This document shows, one piece after another, positions 24,761 to 37,937 of a stretch of DNA of 64,000 nucleotides. Location of the stretch: the NCBI RefSeq assembly GCF_001194135.2, contig NC_068982.1:160124614-160188613 (forward strand). The letters are read 5' to 3'. The notes beneath the pieces were generated by a model. The model made no database searches and was not told the origin of the DNA. It saw only the letters and a list, made by a program, of their open reading frames with translations. Position 1 is the stretch's first letter. The number at the start of each line of letters is the position of its first letter. The translations under genes and the position numbers were made by a program. The stretch is from Octopus bimaculoides. Taxonomy: Eukaryota.

Positions 24761-27099
24761 GGTTTAAAACATTTATACACTTTTCAATTTCGTGTTGCGT
24801 CCCTTGGGCCCCTTTTGTGGATATCAGTCCTATCAACTATATATAATACACATTTTGGGTGTACTACTGCACGTCATTAAGCATACTTTAGTATACCATT
24901 TTATATACTGTTTGTTCAAAATTGGTTAGGAAATGCCCAGTACTTTTCAAATCCTACGAGGGTATAAAACCTAAATCTTTCATTTGAACCGCATAAGAGA
25001 AACTGTCAACTATTTGTTTGCTAGTCATGGTATTGCCATTATTTTTTATTTTCAGTGTTAATGGTGGCAGTAGCCATGGTAATGCTGGTTGAATTTGTAG
25101 GCGTGTTATTGTTGCTGTTGATTTATTATTTACGTCCTCCAAAGAATTATTTTGTTTTTATAGTCGATGCTTCTTTCTTTTGTCGTCGTCGAAATTTTTG
25201 TTGTCACCGCAATATATTGACGTCTTGTTACTGTTGGTGTTATTTTTTTTTTTCATTTTTGTTGGCATTGATCTTGCTGCTTCTGTCGGCATTAGTGGCG
25301 ATGTCGATGCATTGGCTTAAGATGTGTCAAGCTGTGTCGAAAGTACTGTTCCAGTTGTTAGTTATATCCCAACTGTAACCTGGTGACATTTTCGTCAACA
25401 TGTATTCATTTTCTCAAAATGGCTGTTTCAGAAAGATATACAAATCCAAGATCCTAACATCTATGAGCTGTTGGTTTATGATTGTAATCTTTATTGCACA
25501 ATGAATAGCTAAAATATTACAGCAAAAAAAGAAGCATCCATCGGGCAAGTCCATCTGTGTGGGCTATGTATACCGGCTCGTAGTTTATTAGAACAATCTA
25601 TTTTAATGGAAGATGATACAACGAGAGGAAACACAGAGCTAATGGTAGTTGAATATTTTGGTATTGAAACTTTGCTACTCAGTTGAGTGTTCTTTGCAGA
25701 TTATTTATGTGGTGTTTGTATGCAGAGCAACAACATTACCATGGCAAAGAATAGTACTTCAATGTAGGTTTCATTTCAGCTTTCTTGAGATTTAGTTTCT
25801 AAATACGCTTGAAATATTTCACTATTATAAAGAGAACACCTTATCCCCGATCTAAATTGCAGCAATGCTTTATGGGAGATTACATATCTTTGTGGGAGAT
25901 TTTTCATATTGAGAGTTTGTAAGAATTTGTAACGGAAGTGGGATATTCAGTTTGTTTTGTATACATCATTAGATTGTAGGTACATTACTATGGTAAGTGC
26001 ACGGGCTGCAATGAAGAAACATAAACAATGCAATGAAGAAATATGTTTCACATATTTTCCATTGAAAATTGTTTAAGATATTTGTTCTAGAATTCAATAT
26101 TTTTTGTAATTATGCTTGTAGGTCTTCCGTAGATGAGATTTCAACGTGTCAGGTTAAAGGTGAGCGATTCCTTGTATCATATGCTTGTTTTCTTAATAAC
26201 AGTAAATAGTTCACTGATGTACAAATAATTTTGATAGTCATTTACAAATTTAAGGTGTACCAAAATTAATAGAAAAAAGAACTGTAATGAAGTCCATCTC
26301 CAGCAGTGTGTAATGATGAGGTCAGACATGAAGTCTGTGATCCAAGACGTTACAGACGAATGAACCTCTTATGAATCTGTCAATTCATAGGAGACAGCTG
26401 ACAGCTTCGAGGCTGAGTGCAGTAACAATGTATCTACCATATTCTCAAGTACGAGATATGAATGGTAATTGTCATAGAAGAGTAACCTCCCTGTCTATCT
26501 CGCTGCAGTTAAACTATGTTAGTTGCTAGTGTTCAGCGAGTAAAAGTCTAAAACAGATTTGTTGATTCTACTTGAATGTGAGAAATGAGTATTAGTTGAC
26601 TGGGTTAAATAAAGTACCCCTTACGTGGATAACACATCAACTTCAAGCAATGAAAATACTGTTCAGAATCTCGAACAAATTCCCATTATGCTGCATTCGC
26701 GTTTAGGGCATGTGAAAAGTAGATCTAAAGGGAACTGTATTTCAATGAAAAGCAGCGAGAGTTATTATTAGCTTTGTAAGACAATAATGAAGCAATTCCA
26801 TTCTCATCCTTTAGCCAGCATTTATAAATGTTGCATTTATCTTTGTTGGGTAAATGTATTCCAGGGCGCTTCTATTTTCACAATGGCTAGAGAGATTGAA
26901 GAATTTGGCAATGTTACAAGTTAGCTTTAAATTACATGGCATGCTGACCGGTTGCTTTATTGTAAATATATTTCTTTTATCAGTTATTCGTGAAGCTTGG
27001 TTCACAGTATATACTACATAACAAATTGTATAGATGTGACCGTTCGGTTTTTTACTGTTACATATTTTATCTAAATGTACATTATCAAATTTGTCTTGC

Positions 27100-27600
27100 A
27101 CATTTTATAAAAGGCTATAATTCAATTTCAAAGAAATTTGTATATTCTAATAAGTCGACTAATTACATTAAAACTTCTCCACTGGGCCCAGCTGAAAAGA
27201 GTTTTCCTACAAGGAAACTGGTTGCAATTTTTTTCTTGGAGATGAATAGGGTTTGACGGATTATATTGATTGATCAGGTGTGGAGTTGGGATCGAAATAT
27301 TTATAGCTATCTTTTTGGCAAGGATCTAAGTAGACAGTTGTTAGGCAAAATATCTCGCAAGTTGTGATACACAAGGTATGCTGTGTATCTCTGCAGGTCG
27401 TGAATGACTTCTTTCATTATTACTAGCAAGTTTCCTTGGCTATAGTACTGCAACACTTATGTAGTTGAACAGCTTTTGGGATGCAAAATTCTTAGCATTA
27501 GTATGCGAGGTATCTGAAGGCATTTGCCTTGATGTCGACTTGCTCATCTTCATTTTATGAAAAGTAATGTCACATACAATTATTACCGATAAATAACTTT
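27100..27600 (+). mobile_element. Old mariner transposase fossil
   Basis: SPLGPAEKSFPTRKLVAIFFLEMNRV*RIILID resembles SP.PKK.....SAGKVMA.VFWD..GIILID, and further degenerate motifs follow. Confidence 0.4.
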
Positions 27601-27934
27601 TGAGATATTATTAGGAATGCTGAAACGTCATGCTAACTGCTGCTTCACAAAATTTAATGTAGGCACCATGATACCAACGGTCGATTACATTGAGTTTGTC
27701 ATTTTGATCCGTGGCGTTTCTACTGGTTCTACACATATAGTGCATTGCTGATTTTGAAAAAGAAGGGGAGGTACTGAATAAATTACTTAAATCATTTATA
27801 CCATCTTGTCAATATACTGCATGGAAATTCCACACGAATATTCAAATTTACTCTATAAAATCGCACATTGTGTTAAATACCTCGTGGTCCTTCTTTCATA
27901 ATTTGTCTTATTTTGATCTTTTTATTAGTTTTAG

Positions 27935-28298
27935 TCATAGGAATGTGGATATGTTAGGGTGCCGCCTTGCAGTGTTTAGCGGAACAAATCAACCCCATTA
28001 CTTATTTTCTAAATTTGGTACTTATTCTCTCCGGCTCTGTTGCTGAAATACTAAGTTACGGTGACGTAAATAATGCCAACACCGATTGCCAAGCGTTGGA
28101 GGGTGGCGCTGAACAATCACAAAGACACTCATATATATAATACGAAGGGTTTCCGTACTGTTTTCAAGTACCAAATTCACTCACAAGGTATTGGTTGGCT
28201 TGGAGCTATTGTAGAAGACACTCCTCCAAAGGGATGCGTAGTGAGACTGAACTCGGAGCCATGGGCTTGAAATGTAATATTCTTAACCACACACCTGC
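27935..28298 (-). mobile_element. SINE family A, diverged copy
   Basis: ACCAAATTCACTCACAAGG..TTGGTTGGC..GAGCTATTGTAGAAGACAC central block, plus recognisable head and tail. Confidence 0.75.
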
Positions 28299-31022
28299 TT
28301 CAAAAGACATAAAACTAATATCGCCTAAAGGATCCAGGCCTAATCAATCACCTTAACCATTCGGTCATGACGACCATAATGCTAATTAAAGTGGAAAACA
28401 GTTATATTCCTTGCATTTAGTCGGAATTCGACTTACCTTTGTCTGAATACTATCTCCTCTGCTCATATTGTAATTTTTACTATCGGTACTGAAATCCAGC
28501 ATACTAAATAGTATGTTTCAACATGTATTTATGATGTACCACAATAATGTATCTATAACTTGTATATTATTTCGTCAAAATCATCCCAATTGAAAAGTAG
28601 CAGAGTGGAAACTGCAGCATATAAATATGCTACTTATAGCAGCAACGCAGTCACGTTTTGTGTAAATGTTCGATGTTGCATTTACACACGGAAGAAACGA
28701 TTATATTCTCCAAATTCAGCATTATCACAGATAAATGTGTTTATATTTAATTCTTTCCTCTTTGCTCCCAAAATATGAATTCAATTATTACCTGTTAAGA
28801 GGCCAACACTTTTTTAGAGTGAAATCAGTTTCTCTACAAACGTCTTGCTTTCTACATTTACAGTCAAAATTATATTTTACTTCTGTTTCTCAGCGAGACC
28901 TGAGCTGGAACGTACACAAATTATTCTGGAAGCCGATCATAATAATACGATTCAGCCAAAGGAATCTGCAACATATAAACATTTTCGAAGCATTTCGAAC
29001 ATTTCATGATTACGTCAAGAACCATTTAAAATAATTCTAAATATTGCTTTTCTAAATGCTTTCTCTTCAGCGCAGTTGTTTACTACCAAATCCTTATGCC
29101 ATGCATATCAACGATCCGAAGTGTTCCAGCATGGACCACATTATCTATTTTAATGATATCTAGGTACAAACTATCCCGTGTAAATTCTTTTCATTTCAAA
29201 ATGTCAAGGTAAGTATTTGCTACTTCCTAGCAAATCGAAAAGACGTACTTTCTCTTATGTCTGCTGCTTTGGCTGATTTGCTTCCCGTCAACTCTGTTGG
29301 AACAGATGTCTGATCCCAGGCACTCTAGCATTCTAGCAGACTTGTAGTGATGTGTAATCTGCTGCTCATTATTAAATATTTGGTTGTGATTGAGAGTAAG
29401 TTAGCAGCCATTTCTGACAGATAGAGATTCATATGCAAGTTTACTCGTTGCAATATTTTGCTTTGGTAGATATCTGAACTAAATGTCACCAGGTTTGTGT
29501 ACAAGAGATAAATTGAAATAGTTCCATTTGCAAAGAAGCTTTTTCAAATTCCGCTTTATAAATAAGATAATCTAATTATTTACACACAAATAAATTTAAT
29601 TCAGTTCAATTTTAATGCAATTTTCAAAACATTGTTATCCCTAATATTTAAATTAAATCTTTATCTCATAGATTTTGGTTAAATATGCTATTTCATGAAT
29701 ATATTGTGATTGTTTTTTTATTGCAAATTTATTTTGTGCTAATTTAAATGGTTTTAATAGTGTAAATATTGAAGATACACAAGACAACGTTTGCGTATTA
29801 ATAGTAACGTACTAATATTGTTATAAACCTTAATTTTATTAATATACTAATATTGAATTTTAATGTTCTCTGAAACACGATATTGTTATCATGGTTAAAT
29901 TAGGAAGAAGAACGGGACAGGACCCTCCATGAGTTCAACGCTAGTGAAATGAACATCGCTCGTGTTCAAAGGATTTGAATAATCCCTATATAAAAAGGTA
30001 TTGATTAATAAATGAAGAAATAGATATTATATTGATCAAACGCTTTGAATTGAATCCAATGCTAAACCATTATATAGAGTAAGCGAGAAATTTTTGATTC
30101 ATTAAAATTAATCTTGTAGATCTAGCTTAATAGATTTTAGTCAAACATGTTAAGGGAGATAAACCCAAAATTTAAATTGTTCAAAATTGCTAAATTGCAG
30201 AATGTGAGCACAAAAATTCGAATGTACTGCTGAGATTTATATTCCACAATAAAGTAATTAATTAACCAAAATTTAGGCTATAGGTGTAGGATCACCCAAG
30301 AAATTTTGGCTGTGTTAGAATCTCTACAGTTTCTATTTAAGGGAATAAACATGATAATCAGATTGGGCACATAATAAAATGGTCATTTTTTTAAAAACAT
30401 TATCATAGTTTATAAGGAAATATTTCATTAGCTATTGCACATATGACGACCCACACAAACGCACACATACACGAAGATACTCGCATAAAGATACATCACA
30501 AGTGCACACATGTAATGACTATACTGAATAATCTTTACTTTCTAATACAAGCTATTTCTTTCTGTCAGCCTTTTGTTTCACAATCATCGCACTAACCTCA
30601 CGTGTCCGGTATTTCTCTCTCATCACGTCATATCCAGACGAATGCCTTTTATATATTCTCTTTCCAATAGTATTTTCCTTTTTTGCGTCTTAAGTTAAAA
30701 ACACCATTGTAATTATTTGTTCTACTTCAAACTAGTAATTCATAACAATCATACAAGAATTTTCTAACACCGCCGGTATTTTCAATCATAAGACTTCTCT
30801 TCGTCTTGTATTGTCTGAACCCTTACGATTTCCAGGCGAATATTGCAAACGTCTTCCAGATACAGTAACTGAAATGTTAGCTGATGAAATGGGTTCCACA
30901 GTCTGATTTTTAATCTTCCGTTAATTTTCCTTTCACATTCTTTCTTTCTTTTTTTCTTTCTTTCTTTCTTTCTTTCTTTCGTTCTTTCTTTCTTTCCATT
31001 TTTATTTCCGACTCTCACTCAC

Positions 31023-31025
<3 letters not shown>

Positions 31026-31108
<83 letters not shown>
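31026..31108. repeat. (CT)n microsatellite, preceded by (TTTC)n
   Basis: Direct reading. Confidence 0.97.
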
Positions 31109-31111
<3 letters not shown>

Positions 31112-31125
31112 TTCTATGTATGTCA

Positions 31126-32445
31126 TTGTTCAGTTATATTTCAAGACTTGTTGTCAATAGAGAAAGAGTCGGTTTCTAATCTAATTTTAACGTTCCTTCA
31201 TTGGACTTTCAACATCAAAAACAGGGTATTTTTGCTTGAATGTATGCATGTATGTATGTATACGTGCAGATTTGTATGTTTTGCTTTATGTATGTATTCT
31301 CATGCATATAATTGCATATCTAGACATGCTCATATATATTTAAATGTTAAATTTCTGGAAAGTTTTACAGATTTTTACAGTTCCAGTGATGAATTGGACC
31401 TGTAGCCTTCGAATTAGCTTTCTCCTCTCTGGGTTTGAGAAACCTAAATTTCTCATGATTGGTATTTAGGCAGTGTGTTACACATTCCAGGGACCCAATA
31501 ATTACAGGTATAAACCTGAACTTGTAATCTGGATAGAATAACTGCAGATTTCCCAATAGTCCAGCGTGAGTATTCTCTTTTTCACTGATATCCAGCTTTT
31601 TGTTAAAATCTGATGGGCAGCTACTTTCCACAACTGTGCACAGTTTGTCTTCCCGAATCGTTATATCAGGTCTGTTGTGCTTACATTTTATTGAGGTCAT
31701 GATTAGGACATTTCACCGGTACTCCTATTTATCATGATTGGCTATGGCGTCTATCATACTATGGGTTCTTATTTCTTTGTCCTTGGGGTTATCTTTCTGA
31801 CGGATTTCATTATACTATCCTAGCTACAACATCACGTCTCATTGGTAGATTATACCATGATGACATTTTCGGCAACTGCTTATGATGTGGGTGATATCTT
31901 CGATGCTAACTCCACAGAGTTTGCATCAGTTGTCACATTTTACTGCTTTGCCTGCATCTCTATGCCTTTTGTGCATCAGGAACTTGGTTGATATTTCTTG
32001 TTCCTGGATTGCAAACGCATACCCTTCAAAGTGTGGGGGGGGGGGNNNNNNNNNNNNNNNNNNNNNNNNNNNNNNNNNNNNNNNNNNNNNNNNNNNNNNN
32101 NNNNNNNNNNNNACTTGGTTGATATTTCTTGTTCCTGGATTGCAAACGCATACCCTTCAAAGTGGGGGGGGGCAATAATCCGCCTATTGGTCCATGATAA
32201 ACTGCTTTGTTGATCGATGTTACTATCAACACAGAGATTTCTATTAACATATACATTCATAATCTTCTGCTCATACAGGCTCATCCTTTCATCTGATGAT
32301 ACGTTGCGGTAGAGTCGTGCAACTTCTTTGGGGATGTCTTTGAGGTTATCAGACAAAGAATGTTGATCAAGGAGCTTCCTACCAAGTCTTATGATGTTAT
32401 CAGCCTCATGGATTCAAACTTGGTCAAGAGAAGCATTTCAACATT
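31126..32445 (-). mobile_element. Non-LTR retrotransposon with restriction-like endonuclease (R4/Dong-like), 5'-truncated
   Basis: Minus strand HFEGYAFAIQEQEISTKFL...CDN*CKLCGVSIEDITHIISSC (CCHC knuckle), then KHNRPDITIREDKLCTVVE.SCP (PD-(D/E)xK REL motif), ...FIPVIIGSL, a stop near 31340 and a ~200-nt 3' UTR. Confidence 0.88.
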
Positions 32446-32623
32446 TGGTAGTTAAAATATGTTGTCGAAGGGATATGATATGACATTCAAAAGCATTTTG
32501 GATCAATGTTAAGCCTCTATCACCTTGTTTTCGTTTTAGGTAGAAGCGGTTTACGTCACTGTTTATATGGAAATTATGTGTGCTTCTTAGTATTTTTCAG
32601 GTTTTCAAATCAATAGCTCGGAT

Positions 32624-32705
32624 CATGTATGTTTGTATGTATGTATGTATGTATGTATGTATGTATGTATTATGTATGTATGTATGTATGTATTTGCATG
32701 TATAT
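32624..32705. repeat. (TATG)n tetranucleotide repeat
   Basis: Direct reading. Confidence 0.95.
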
Positions 32706-33834
32706 AGGTAGGTATGTATGTGTGCCTGTATGCATGAATAGTATAGTACCAAGTAAAGTATATCAACAATTTTTGTGTCAGTTTGAGTTTATGTACACAC
32801 ACACACACATACATACATATAAATATATATCTACGCATTATATTCATATGTGTGCATAGATATAATTAGAATATTCATCATATTTTGTGCGAATTTTTGT
32901 ATTGCTTACTACAAAAAACGCATTTATTTACTTACACTCTAAGTATGCGAATTTCTTAAAGGTCTTTTTCTGTGTTTAGTTATAATCTTATTACAAAAGG
33001 AAAAAAAAATCTATTAGCATCCGTCTTCGAAGCAGCGTGGTATTGACATGAGTGCAATATCATTGTAGAGTTATGAGTTCTGTCAGTTCGTTATTTAAGT
33101 TTCGGATATGCAAACTGTCGCTTAGATTAGTGTGTGTTAATTCGTATTTTATGATAATAATTCCATATTTTTGTTATATATTTTTCTTTCAGTTTGTTTT
33201 ACAAATCTTTGAAAGATTAAATATTTATCATTGTTTAATGATTTTGAAAAATCTTGAGTTATAATACTTGACGAATGATTTTATATTATTTTACTGGTGT
33301 CAATACTTTTGCTCTCCGATAGTTGAAATTTGTATTCAAAAATTGAATATAAAACCTATGAACGAGATCGTTTATCATTGATTTCTTGTACTTTCGAACA
33401 CACAATCCGATTTTGAAAATATCCGCAGATAATATGGATAATCTACACTTCGGTAAAAACAATAATACAATGATACTATTAGCTCTGTATTTGTTTCATA
33501 TATTATATTTGTACAAAATATCCGATATGTATGTATACATACATTCATATATATATATATATATATATANNNNNNNNNNNNNNNNNNNNNNNNNNNNNNN
33601 NNNNNNNNNNNNNNNNNNNNNNNNNNNNNNNNNNNNNNNNNNNNNNNNNNNNNNNNNNNNNNNNNNNNNNNNNNNNNNNNNNNNNNNNNNNNNNNNNNNN
33701 NNNNNNNNNNNNNNNNNNNNNNNNNNNNNNNNNNNNNNNNNNNNNNNNNNNNNNNNNNNNNNNNNNNNNNNNNNNNNNNNNNNNNNNNNNNNNNNNNNNN
33801 NNNNNNNNNNNNNNNNNNNNNNNNNNNNNNNNNN

Positions 33835-33871
<37 letters not shown>

Positions 33872-34379
33872 TAAGTATATGCCTGTACATGTGTATATGT
33901 ATATGTATATGTGATGTATATGTATATTCATAGACTCATTGTATGTATGTGTATACATGTTTTGGATTGCTATAGATTTATATCTACTTCAAGTGAAATA
34001 TGTGGTTCCTTTTATTGTTTGTTCATTCCTGTCTATAAATATACTCACTTATTAACATACAAACATAACACAGATCATTATCGAGATAATACTGTATTTA
34101 AGAGAATTGTTTTACTAAGACACGAAACGTGTAAGCTGGAATATAATAAACTCCTTGTTTTTAATAATTAAACAGAAGTGTATAATCAAATATTTTTGCT
34201 ATTGCTTTCTTTTATATAACTGTAATGATGACAAGATAAATGCCACATATATATCTCAAGAAATGTAGTCTTTTCGGGTCTCCAGTTAATGCTTTTCCGT
34301 TATTCAAATTTATTTTTTAGACACCCAAAACGCGTCGGTGAAAATGCATCGTGGGATTTCCTTCACTACTTTATGTTCT

Positions 34380-34510
34380 TATTTCAAATTCCCCATTATC
34401 CTTTCGAGATAGAAATATAAGTACTAGCTGAGTATTGGGGTTGATATAATCAACTAACCCCTCCTTACAAAACAGACTTCAGGCGTTGTGGCTATAGTAG
34501 AAAACATTTT
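34380..34510 (+). mobile_element. SINE family B, 3' fragment
   Basis: ATCCTTTCGAG...AAGTACTAGCTGAGTATTGGGGTTGATATAATCAACT...GGCGTTGTGGCTATAGTAGAAA. Confidence 0.6.
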
Positions 34511-36782
34511 TGACACCTAATCAATAATTTCAGATTACATATTGTTTATTAATTGGATGATTTAAGAAACGGTAGAGAAGTTTTTATACAGATACAAACA
34601 AAGTAACGGTGAGATAGCATCACGACTCTTAGTGATGTCTAGTCTGTGTTGTGGTTATATTGAGGCACCATTGGATGTGTTTATTTGATGCTATTACTCG
34701 CAATATTTTTTACTCTTTTACGTCTGGTAGTTTTCTTCTTGTTTAGTTGCTGAGTCGCTAACTTACACTCAGCAAGATCCAAATACATTAAAAATATGGA
34801 TTTGCAGTTAATTACATATCTATATGTCTCTGCAGCTCATTCGCTTTTCTAATGTCCAAACTCCTTTAATCAAACTAACTATCAATCATCCTGAGTGTTG
34901 TTCCTGCCAACATACACTCCGCACTATACGCAAAGTATCATTGAAACCTCATTTGAATACGAGAAATTATTTTGAGTGGTCATTTCTTTACCTCTCTCAT
35001 CTCTGTATCCGGCTTTCTCTCTCTCTTTCTCTCTACTGTCGTTTGAAATTGAACGAGTTAAAAATTTAAGTGAACCATTTGACTGAAATTTTAAGATAAA
35101 TTAAATAAGGCCGTTATGTATGACTTTTTTATTAACTATTTATAACAAAACTAGTTCACATGACTTTGGAAGAATTCTGTATCTCTGAGGAGAAAGGAAA
35201 TTGTTCTTAGAGGTGTAAAAAAAGATAAGAACAAAGGAATGCTAGAAGGATAAACAATGAAGCATTATTCTGGACACGTTTCTTATAAGCGTTTCCTCCC
35301 TTAAAATATAGAGACCCCGTTCTTAGCTTGGAGCATTTCAGTTGGTTCTGTTGAGTATTATTCGGTTCTTATTGCTGCAGGTACTCTTATTGGTATTTAG
35401 CATTAAATTGTTCCTAATTTAACGGATATATAATCAGACCTTCCGTTGCATTGTTTTCTGGGAAAATGTTATTCTCAAACAAAAGTCTAATGTCTATGTT
35501 TGTTAATGAGATTGCCCTATAATTAAGATCTCTATTGCAAAATCACTGTTTCAGGCTCGATCCATCAGTGTAGAACTCGTGGTAAGTGTCTTATATTTTA
35601 GCCCCGAATTGACCAGTACATTGTGAAAGGAATTCAGAAGGAAACTATGAAGAAACCCTTTTTATGTGTGTAACTGTGTGTATGCACTTTGTATGATTGT
35701 ATGAATGTATGCAGTTGTGTATTTTTGTATGTATACATGTGTATCTCTATTTCTTTTTAAACGACTCTAAACCTAAGCATTTATCTTGTGTCTCTTTATG
35801 TCACGTAGCATAACGATAAGACAAATACAGTTTGATATAATAAGTAGCAAACAGGGTATGTTTCAATATTTACGGAGTCATATACTGAGTTTTCAAACGT
35901 TTGATGAATAAACGAGTGAAATTCCACGTGTATATGTAAAGTACATCATGGGAATTTTGGATGCCTCTGTATCTTTTGGTGAATGGAAATTTCTGGAAAT
36001 TTACGTGATGATAAAGCGAGTGGTTTTGTGTCTGCTGTTCCGGTATTAGCTCAATATTCTTATTGCAAGTTGTGTTTTAGGGCCGTGTATTTTTTTAGTG
36101 TTACTGATTGTTTTCTTGTTTACTGTTTATTAAAAGGTCATAAGCAGGGTCTACCTGCCAATGGCCTCTCTAGTAGAATATTGTATATTCACAATACTAC
36201 ACTCAAAAGTACTTTGGAGTAACTTACGCCACATACGATTAACTACTGCTAATCAGTAATTCAATTAATGCTTGTAAGTTTACTATGAAGAATAATGATT
36301 ATATCTCCATTAATTATGATGCCAGGACATTGATACGAAGTATAATTCTCATTTTCATTGTCTTTCTAAGTATTCTACCAATAATAACAATGACTCCAGT
36401 TATACCTGTGAATACAGTAATGGATAATGGATTTGGGAAACAAAGGACTCATTTATACTAGGATAATCAGCCCCCACCCACCAAATATCCGCATGAAGAT
36501 AAGAACGCATCGCCATTGTTTTACGAGGTGATCTCTAAAGTAAAAATTCCCATCCCGATGAAGATCGCGCTCTATATTTAATACGTCCATAATCAAGCTT
36601 CCTTACTCCATCACGCATAATCTCAGATCACTCATCTCTGCAGCAAATAGACGAGACTTCGGCCTTACATATACATGAACACTAGTAAATATTGTAATGG
36701 TGACTGCTCTCACCCATAATAATAATAACTGTAATACTAACTGTGATACTTCCTGTTCCAGCTACAATAAAATTCTTTTCTA

Positions 36783-36988
36783 ATCTAGGCACAAGGCTCG
36801 AAACTTTTAGGGAGGGGGACAGTCGATTACATCGACCTCGGTACGCAACTGGTACTTAATTCACCGACCCCGAAAGGATGAAAGGCAAAGCCGATCTCGG
36901 CGGAATTTGAACTCAGAACGTAAAGACAGATGAAATATCGCTAAGCATTTCACCTGGCGTGCTAACTTTTCTGCGTGCTCGCCGCTTT
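36783..36988 (-). mobile_element. SINE family B, near full length
   Basis: AGTCGATTACATCGACC..GTACGCAACTGGTACTTAATT..CGACCCCGAAAGGATGAAAGGCAAAG..GATCTCGGCGGAATTTGAACTCAGAACG...GCTCGCCGC. Confidence 0.92.
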
Positions 36989-37029
36989 TACAGCTTCAAT
37001 AATACTAATGATGATAGTAGGAATAATGA

Positions 37030-37666
37030 TATCGTATTGATTCAAACATTTTGCAATATTTTCGTAATTGATATGCTTTATTTGGTAAGTTACAACAAAA
37101 GCATCCTAGCATTCAAAGTAGAAGGTATCGTGTTGCACCGTCTGAAACTACCTTTCTACCTTTTCTTTGAGCCCACGTTATTACCGGATTTTGTCCTCTG
37201 AGGTGAGGAACTCCTACACCGAAGCTTTCACCTCCACTTGGTTGATGAAGCGTCGAGAGTGCAGAAAGCGAGCCATGGATCGGAGCAAGTAATAATCCAA
37301 ATGAGGAATTTTTTCTGGAATCCTAACGTGCATAAACAGTGTTTAAGCAAGGGCCAACTTCTGGAATCAGTCACCAAATATGGATGTTTTGAGCTGAAAG
37401 TGATGCTTTACGTCTGGTGGAATTATGAGAAGATAATTCACTACGAGTTCATTCTGGACGGACAAACCATCGATGCCAATATGTATTTAGAACTGCTGGA
37501 GCAGATGTATGCCATTGTGTGGTAGAAATACCCGGAATTGGTTGACAGAAAGAAAGCTCTTCTGCAGTGGACACACCTAGCATATAATCCGGACCTAGGT
37601 TTCGTTGTAGCTTGAATAAAGCAAATAAGTAAACAAACTTTTGCAAGACTTTTGGCTAGCTCTAAT
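37030..37666. mobile_element. Rearranged mariner with a 3' end at both termini
   Basis: 37030-37320 minus: DYYLLRSMARFLHSRRFINQVEV..., AATAAA and TIR. 37330-37575 plus: KVMLYVWWNYEKIIHYEF..DGQTIDAN.Y. 37595-37666 plus: AATAAAGCAAATAAG..TTGCAAGACTTTTGG..CTAAT, a second 3' end. Same family as 1424-1666. Confidence 0.75.
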
Positions 37667-37937
37667 CCACTAAGAGAAATATAATCCCTTATTTCGATTC
37701 TACCCTGTCAAAAGCGCTTTTCTGAATTTCTCTTATGTGTGGTTATATTTAAGTACCTTACCTATTCAGAATTTTCACTTAATTGAAATGGAAATTTAAA
37801 ATCTTGCATACTTTGTGCAGTCTCATGATATTCCTGTTCGTCCTCACACACACATACACACACACAAACGCACATGCACGAACAGACACACACATACACG
37901 CGTGCGCACGCACACACGCACATAATATATATATATA

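Noticed and set aside
31981-32171. Apparent duplication inside the REL LINE
   Set aside because: The copies flank an N-gap next to a poly-G run, so this is most likely an assembly artefact.
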